From Mytilus californianus (lineage: Eukaryota), in NCBI RefSeq assembly GCF_021869535.1, contig NW_026262581.1:112654001-112718000 (forward strand): 64,000 bases of DNA. Direction: 5' to 3'. The translations under genes were made by a program, and so were the position numbers. This document shows, piece by piece, positions 26,201-35,200 of this stretch (the first letter of the stretch is position 1; every line of letters starts with the position of its first letter). The notes below the pieces were generated by a model that was given only the letters and a program-made list of their open reading frames with translations, was not told the DNA's origin and did not search any database.

Positions 26201-29200
26201 GACAACAAACCACTTGTGTGTGTGTTTCACTTACCTCTTGCGTTGACTATATTGGTGTTTTATCAACCATTTATATTCAGATAAATTAAATTAAAATATA
26301 TAACCTGAATAATACCAATAATAATACAAATTAATATTACAAAATAATTAAAAGCTATAATTTTCTATCAAGAAAAACATGGTTTTGAAAAAAAACTTTA
26401 TTCCTTCTCAGACAAAGCGTGCAGCATACACCATGGAACCGGACAAAATGATAAAAGGTTTATGGCGCGCATGCGTTAGGTGGGAGAGGTTGTCACAGGG
26501 GTATGGTTCTTTTTTTCTGGCTGGTTTCCGGCTGAAAAATGCAGCGAGTGAACTGATATCTAAATTTATGAAGGTTAGGTATTTAATGTAATAAAAATTT
26601 AATAACATTGTTAATTTGAAATTTTTACTTTAGATTATCAAGTGTTCTCTAGTTATACTGCGAAAATGTACAAAGTTAACGGATATGAAATACAATAATT
26701 GTCCTTTTTCTTGATTTGGATATTTCAGTTTCACACAGGAAACTCTTTACAAAATGTCTGCTGTTGAACTGATAGTCCCCGAGGATATGATCAGCTATGT
26801 ACAAATGCTGCGGTACCGACATGATTTATAACAACTTTCTTAAAATCCAGATGTCTATTGTCCATATATTGTGAACTTCTCAAACCTCTTTTCCAACTTA
26901 GTTTATTTGGCATCTTCTGCAGGAACGAACAAAAATGAATAGCAAAATCCAGTTAAGTTTTTAATATTCTGAAACTTAAAATGCATTTAAATTTCATATA
27001 TATAAGTCCTGCCATGCTCCGAAACTTTTCCAGGTGCACAGGTTTGTCTGTACTCAGAGTGAAATTTGTGGTGTACGGCCTTATTTGCTAAAAGGTTATG
27101 ATGAACCTTAAGTAACTAATGTTCCAACTACCACAGGTAAAGTTTACTGTAGGTGGATTTGTATAACTCCTTTTCATGTCCCTTATGTCATATATAACTC
27201 CTCGACTCTCAATTGTTTGGGTTTAAGCGTTGTAAGTGTACAAAAAAATGATTCAATTTTAGGTTTGTAAATCCTTTGAACGTCCAGAACGTTGAGGGAA
27301 GCAATAGTCCTTACCATAAGGATAACAATGCAGTCCTGGTTACAACGATCCATCGACAGAGGAAGGAGAATTCTGTTTTAAAGAATGATAAAATGAAAAT
27401 GGAAAAACGTTCACAAAGTCGACCCATTTCAAAGAAGCTGAATAATTCACAAGGTAACTTGAGAAATTGGTACTTTTCACATACAATAAAAACGTAAAAG
27501 ATACAAAAGCAGATAACTAAATTAAGGCGACAGTAGTTTATCGATGTTCAAATCTCGTAAATCGATAAGGAAGAGACAAATCAAGGTAACAAACATAAAC
27601 GGAGGGAATCGCATTATGTTCCAAAGGAGCGAGACCGGGTGCGTCGACAGAGTAAGTGTCTCCCGATATGCATACAAAATCCGCCATACGAGTTCACACT
27701 AGGTACAAATGTCACAATCGGAAACAAATGGTAAAATTACAGTTCAGACTTTTATACTGGTATCTAAAAATCTAACACCACGAAAACATGTCGCTAGTTA
27801 ATGCATTTACAATCAGCAATGGAAAATGGCTCTTCCGTATACCAGATAGAAAATCTGAACTCAAACAACTATGTACCTGATTAAGTCCAGTACTTCAGTA
27901 TAAGTAATGTATCCTGTTCAGACATCCACCAGTAAACCAGTTTTGATCAAAAACAGTAATTTTGATCTGAACGTTCTTAAATGACTAAACAATAAACTAT
28001 TAAGTCATTATCTGTCTTTCAGTCTATTTTCAAACTTATCCGTTGCGGTAAATTCCGTACTGTTCAGACAATTCGCTTGCAACTAAGATATGTTCTGTCT
28101 ATGATCATGCTGTTCAGTAGTTGTTATCTACCTGTGCACATCAACATCATACTGAATTGTCTAAAAGTCACTGAACAGTTCTGAATTGACTGCAAGCGTA
28201 TTATCTGAGCAGTATTTAATTTACCGCAGCGGATAAGTCTGAACATTGACTGAAAACTGAACAATTATTGCTTTGGGCGTTTCCGATGAAGGTATATGCA
28301 AAAAGAAAACGCTTCAAACGCATGTAATTTGTAAAATTTTATTTTCATTTTTATAGCTAGTGTTTAGTAGTAACCACAATACTTTATGTCAATTATCAAG
28401 CAAGGTATTAAGTTAAACCCTAAAAAAAAAGACCACTAAAGAATAAAGTCGAATGATATAATGATATAATGTCTAAATATCAATTCTTTTTAATACTAAA
28501 CTTTGCGACGATACAAATCTAACGAAGCATAGTGAAATATCTGGGGGTTATAAGATTGATAAACTGTTAAATTGCCAATGCACTCACCAATAAAATCAGA
28601 CTTAACGCAAAACTTCCTTAATGAAACTCAAAGAAGTAATTACCATGCAGATCACTGGACATGATGATGAGGATGATGATGGATGGCTGCTTAACGTCCA
28701 GCGGCAAATTAATATGCATAATTCAGGACGAGAACATGTTAATGTAATATGAGTATTTACCTTACTTTGTACTAGACCGACACGCAGATTTTAACGTACT
28801 ATAGTTCACGAGGTAACAGTCCGCAGGAAGACATGTCACCTTTCCCGGACACATTATTCTGACTCCGAGACGACCAGTCTTTGCTCTTACTCCGTAATGC
28901 CACGTGCTTAGCAGAGAAGCAGCAAATACCCTTTTTAAAGTCTTTTGTTTGACGCGGCCGGGGTTCGAACCTACGACCTCCGCACTCGAGGCGAACACGC
29001 TACCACGAGACCACCGAGGCGGTCACTGGACATGATATCGAGGTTACGTTATCACCTTGAGTTATTCTTTGGATACTAGTAGTTGATATCTAAAAATTAA
29101 CATGTTTATATAAAGTGACATTGTAATACTAGTATTACATAACCTTAACATTAAAAACATTGACCTGAAATTTAACCATGGCATTCAAATGAAACTATCC

Positions 29201-32200
29201 TCTGGACATTTGGATAATATCTTAATGTATTCCGCCGAGAAGTTAAATTTTTATATCACGTCAGTTGTACGCAAATCTTCTATAACTTGGCAAATGAAAT
29301 TTTAACCATGATCAATGAAGCATAGAATTTTTATAAGAAATATTAAATGGTGAAAATATAGTGTGATATTAAAAAGTTGATTGATAGCGTTTGATTTCGT
29401 CAGTTTATAAACTTCCCCTTTTTGAATTTGCCTTGGAGTTCGGTATTATTGTTATATTTTTTACCTATCTTAAAATTGACCACCGCCTACTTTTTGTTAA
29501 GAATTCAATGGAACACTCACTTCAAATACAAATATAGTTAAAAAGAAATGTTTAGTTTCTCGTAACATTTCTGAAAACCTCTTTAGTCAGTATTTTGACT
29601 GGCATGAAATTACGGATATTGTTTGTTTGAAATTTGCTTTTGCTAAATTTTTAAAATAATATGACTTAAAATATATAGATCAATCATGCACATCTCTGAC
29701 TTCATTTATAGTTTTGTGATTCATTATTCTATTGTAGTGAAACTTCTCCATTGATTTCAAAGAAGGATATATGTACCTACGTTCTATTCTACATAGCTAT
29801 ATAACTATCTTGTGTTCCATATCAATGCTAAAATTAAATGACATTTTTAAAGAGGCAGCCAGCGATAGCAAGTCTCGAAAAATTAGTTCCATTGGTTCAT
29901 AAACTGAGAACATGTTTGCCAAATAATGAGTATGTATTTGCTTCACGAACACGTAGCAGTAAATCGAAGTAAAACGTGTCAATTTGCTGCGTTTTAAATT
30001 GGTTTCATCTGGAAATCCCATCGCCAAAAATTTAAACTATTAACCCCTTAAAAGGACCTTAAATGTAATTTTTCTTTATTTGATAACAAACGATCTAGCA
30101 GGACAAACAGTACGATATATGATACTTCAATTGCGCTCATCCTTGTTTTATTACGTTACATGTTATCCTTTTAGAAAAATCTATACAAGAAAGCAAACCT
30201 GCTGAAACAGATCTATCAATGTTGACACTAAATGAACTTTTGCAAACAATGCCTGGAAACAAAATGAAAAATTTCATCCAAAAAGTGACGAAGAAAATAA
30301 CTTGTAATCAATCGGATCAAGATCTAGGAAAAGAATTACCTGCATTAGACGTGAAGGTATGCAAAGCGTTCAAATAAAATGTATTAGATTTAAAGTTACA
30401 GGTGATCTTTGACAGACGTAATTAGATTTAAATTGGATGTCATATGGGTGAATTTGGGCGATTTTGAACCGTAGGCTGAATTGTCCATAGCAGTTATAAA
30501 GCTACAGGTGAAGTTTCAAAGAATTATTGTATAACATGTAAGGCAACATGTGATCTTAAGACAGATTTGCCAGTTTTAGATATAAAGCCTCAGGTGACCT
30601 TGGACCGAATGACCTGCTTTCAGGTGACAATTGACAACCTTACCGGTTTTTGAGGTAGAGCTACATGAGATATAAGACAGAATAACCTATTGCAGGTGTA
30701 AAAATACGGATGACCTTGGACAGAACCAACCATAATTACCTGTATAATATGTAAAGCTACAATTGACCTTGGAAAGCATTATTGTGTTAGATATAAATCT
30801 ATAGTTGACCTTAGGGAGCATTATTACATAAGATGTAAAGCTACAGGTAACATTAGACACACTCACCTGTATTAGATGTAAAAAGGTTAGCATTAGACGG
30901 TTACTTTTATTAGATGTAAAGCTACTATAATCAGGAGTCGGTAATTCAGTGTTTGTTGTTATATATCATTTTTTTTCCTTTATTATTTTGTACAGAAATC
31001 AGTCAATTAGTTTTCGCGTTTGAATTGTATTATATTGTCATTTCGGGGCCATTTATCGCTTGATATGGGATATGGATTTTGCTGATCGTTGAGGGCCGTA
31101 CGGTGACCTATAATTGTTAACTTCTCAGTCATTTTGTCTTTTGTGGAGAGTTGTCTCATTTGCAATCAAACGACATCCTTTTTAGTTTTATATTAGACGG
31201 AATGTCCTGTATTAGATGAAGCTACAGGTGACCTTAGAAAGTACTATTAACTTATATGTAAAGCTACAGGTGAATTTAGACAGAACAAGAAAGTATGTAG
31301 TTTTTCCCACTCGTAATTCAAAGTAGTACCAGTTAACAAAAAGTAGGTGTCTTTAGGATTGTAAAGTGTCAACACGTTATTACTCATCACCGTAAAGCTG
31401 CCTGACAAAATATGAGTCAATTTGCTCAGTAATACTCGAGAAATATGTAATGCAAATTTTCAGTACATTTACACCCCAGTTCTATTGTTATACTTCATAG
31501 TTTCTATTTCTGAAACAAGTGTAAATTGAATAGCTCTATTGTTACGATTAACAATGGATCTTGACCACAGGGTGTAACGAGCGGGGTTTCTGGAAACCCC
31601 TGCTTCTACATCCCGAAAACACATTCCATTGTTATTCATAACAATAGAAATTGATTATTCTTAAATAGCATGAACATAAGAAATTACTAAAAGTGTTCAC
31701 TACAAGTTGTTTCAAGAAATTAAAAAAAAAAACATATTTTAGGAAATTCTAATTGCGAAAAAAATATTGATCATCTGTTTTGAATAACAAAAAAAAAAAC
31801 CCTTCAAATACTCCTTTGCTTGAAGCTAAATTTTTTGATCCCAGTCATACAGCGGCGGATCCAAAAAGGAGGGGGGGGTTCAGTGGTTTAGAACCCCCCT
31901 TTTTTGGACGATCAATGCATTTGAATGGGGACATATATTTGGAACCCCCCTTTATTCTTGGTTGGGAACCCCTTTAAAATAAATTGCTTTGCTGGGGCGC
32001 AGCTTGATACAACCGCAGAGGTCGAACCTTGAACAGTTGGGGCAAGTATGGACACAACATTCAAGATTGATACAGCTCTGAATTTGGATTGTTATTAAAT
32101 ATTTGACACAGCATAGGTTTCTGACACAGAAAGAATGTGGTCTAAGAACTTGAATTTTTTTAATTTACCTATTATGGTCCAATGTCCAAAATCAAAATAC

Positions 32201-35200
32201 ATGGTTAGATTCAGCATATCAAAGAACCCCATATTTTCAATTTTTGTTGAAATCAAACAAAGTTTAATTTTGGACCCCAACTTGGACAAACTTGAAAACT
32301 GGGCCCATAATCAAAAATCTAAACACATGTTTAGATTCAGCATATCAAAGAACCCCAATAATTCAATTTTTGCTAAAATCAAACTAAGTTTAATTTTGGA
32401 CCCTTTGGACCTTAATGTAGACCAATTTAAAAAACGGGACTTAAAATTAAAAATCTAAATACACGGTTAGATTTGGAATATCAAAGAACCCCAATAATTA
32501 AATTTTTAATGAAATCAAACAAAGTTTAATTTTGGACCCTTTTGACCTCAATATGAACCAATTTTATAGCGGGGCCCACAAATAAAAAATCTAAATTCAT
32601 GGTTAGATTCAGCATATCAAAGAACCCCATATATTCAATTTTTGTTGAAATCAAAAAAAGTTTAATTTTGGACCCCAACTTGGACCAACTTGAAAACTGG
32701 GCCCATAATCAAAAATCTAAACACATGTTTAGATTTAGCATATCAAAGAACCCTAAGAATTCAATTTTTGTTAAAATCAAACTAAGTTTAATTTTGGACC
32801 CTTTGGACCTCAATGAAGACCAATTTTAAAAAATGGGACCCAAATTATAAATCTAAAAACACGGTTAGATTTGGCATATCAAAGAACCCCAATAATTCAA
32901 TTTTTGATGAAATCAAACAAAGTTTAATTTTAGACCCTTTTGACCTCAATATGAACCAATTTGATAGCGGGGCCCACAAATAAAAAATCTAAATACATGG
33001 TTAGATTCAGCATATCAAAGAACCTCATATATTCAATTTTTGTTGAAATCAAACAAAGTTTAATTTTGGACCCCAATTTGGACCAACTTGAAAACTGGGC
33101 CCATAATCAAAAATCTAAATACATGTTTAGATTCAGCATATCAAAGAACCCCATATATTCAATTTTTGTTGAAATCAAACAAAGTTTATATATTGGACCC
33201 TATCTTGGACCAACTTAAAAACTGGGCCCATAATCAAAAATCTAAACACATGTTTAGATTTAGCATATCAAAGAACCCCAAGAATTCAATTTTTGTTAAA
33301 ATCAAACTAAGTTTAATTTTGGACCCTTTGGACCTCAATGAAGACCAATTTTAAAAAATGGGACCCAAATTAAAAATCTAAAAACACGGTTAGATTTGGC
33401 ATATCAAAGAACCCCAATAATTCAATTTTTGATGAAATCAAACAAAGTTTAATTTTAGACCCTTTTGACCTCAATATGAACCAATTTGATAGCGGGGCCC
33501 ACAAATAAAAAATCTAAATACATGGTTAGATTCAGCATATCAAAGAACCTCATATATTCAATTTTTGTTGAAATCAAACAAAGTTTAATTTTGGACCCCA
33601 ATTTGGACCAACTTGAAAACTGGGCCCATAATCAAAAATCTAAATACATGTTTAGATTCAGCATATCAAAGAACCCCATATATTCAGTTTTGTTGAAATC
33701 AAACAAAGTTTAAATACTGGACCCTATCTTGGACCAACTTGAAAACTGGGCCCATAATCAAAAATCTAAACACATGTTTAGATTTAGCATATCAAAGAAC
33801 CCCAAGAAATCAATTTTTGTTAAAATCAAACTAAGTTTAATTTTGGACCCTTTGGACTTCAATGAAGACCAATTTTAAAAAATGGGACCCAAATTAAAAA
33901 TCTAAAAACACGGTTAGATTTGGCATATCAAAGAACCCCAATAATTCAATTTTTGATGAAATCAAACAAAGTTTAATTTTAGACCCTTTTGACCTCAATA
34001 TGAACCAATTTGATAGCAGGGCCCACAAATAAAAAATCTAAATACATGGTTAGATTCAGCATATCAAAGAACCTCATATATTCAATTTTTGTTGAAATCA
34101 AACAAAGTTTAATTTTGGACCCCAATTTGGACCAACTTGAAAACTGGGCCCATAATCAAAAATCTAAATACATGTTTAGATTCAGCATATCAAAGAACCC
34201 CATATATTCAATTTTTGTTGAAATCAAACAAAGTTTAAAAACTGGACCCTATCTTGGACCAACTTGAAAACTGGGCCCATAATCAAAAATCTAAACACAT
34301 GTTTAGATTCAGCATATCAAAGAACCCCAAGAATTCAATTTTTGTTAAAATCAAACAAAGTTTAATTTTGGACCCTTTGGACCTTAACGTAGACCAATTT
34401 GAAAACTGGACCCAAAATTAAAAATCTAAATACACTGTTAGATTCGGCATAACAAATAAATAAATGTGATCAAAGATTTTACAAATCTAATGCGCCATAC
34501 TGTGCAATTAAAGATTACTTCTTGATATTTTTCAATATTTGAAATTTGAAAAAAAAATAATATTTGAAGAATAATTCTTTTTAATTTCTGAAATCTGAAA
34601 TGAGAAAAAATTGACCCCCCACAATTTCTTTTTATCCCCCCCCCTTTTTTCCCCAAAAAAATTCTTTCCCTCAAGATATGGTCATAATCTCAATTCAAAT
34701 TTCCAATGGAGTTGGCAACCATAATTACCCATTTAAATTTACCATAGTGCTAACTTAATCTATTTTATAATAGAATTAAAAATATAGTGTCAAATCTTTC
34801 ATATGGATTTTTTTGTAAAAAAAAAAGATGCAACATTTGCAGATATTTTTACTGGTCTTCCTTTATAAATATGTATTTCTTTAAACATAATTTAAAAGCA
34901 GTGTAAGGGAAGTAACCAAAACGTTGTATTTGGATTACCTCCCTTACACTGTTTTAAATTATCTTTATTGTTCATTAACCATTACTTTATACATAATTTA
35001 AAAGCAGTGTAAGGGAGATAATTTCAATGATGTATTTGATTTATCTCCCTTACACTGCTTTAAATTATGTTTTGTACTAAAGTATTTGTCCATTAACCAG
35101 GACAACCTTGTTTTCCCCCCTTTTTTGCCCCTAATTCCTAAACGGTTTGAGCCATAACCCCCCAAAGCAAATCCTAACCATCCCTTTGTGGTATGGAAAC

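Larger units (their letters stand above)
18799..26590 (-). mobile_element. Degenerate DIRS1-type tyrosine-recombinase retrotransposon with ITRs and ICR
   Basis: Inverted terminal repeats of about 145 bp (18799-18946 and 26444-26590) and an internal complementary region (19013-19078). Minus-strand remnants in the order gag-like, RT (LDLMDAYFHIPI, FGLSTAP, YLDD), RNase H (LFTDSS), MT start (VDLFAT), YR (HQVRAL...YLR). Confidence 0.93.

Noticed and set aside
28940-29023. tRNA gene
   Set aside because: The tRNA-like head continues into a SINE body with tail and TSD and lacks a complete acceptor stem; the same applies to 10300-10400.
32135-34267. Repeated ORFs MVRFSISKNP…
   Set aside because: Reading frames within the 126/136-bp satellite array.
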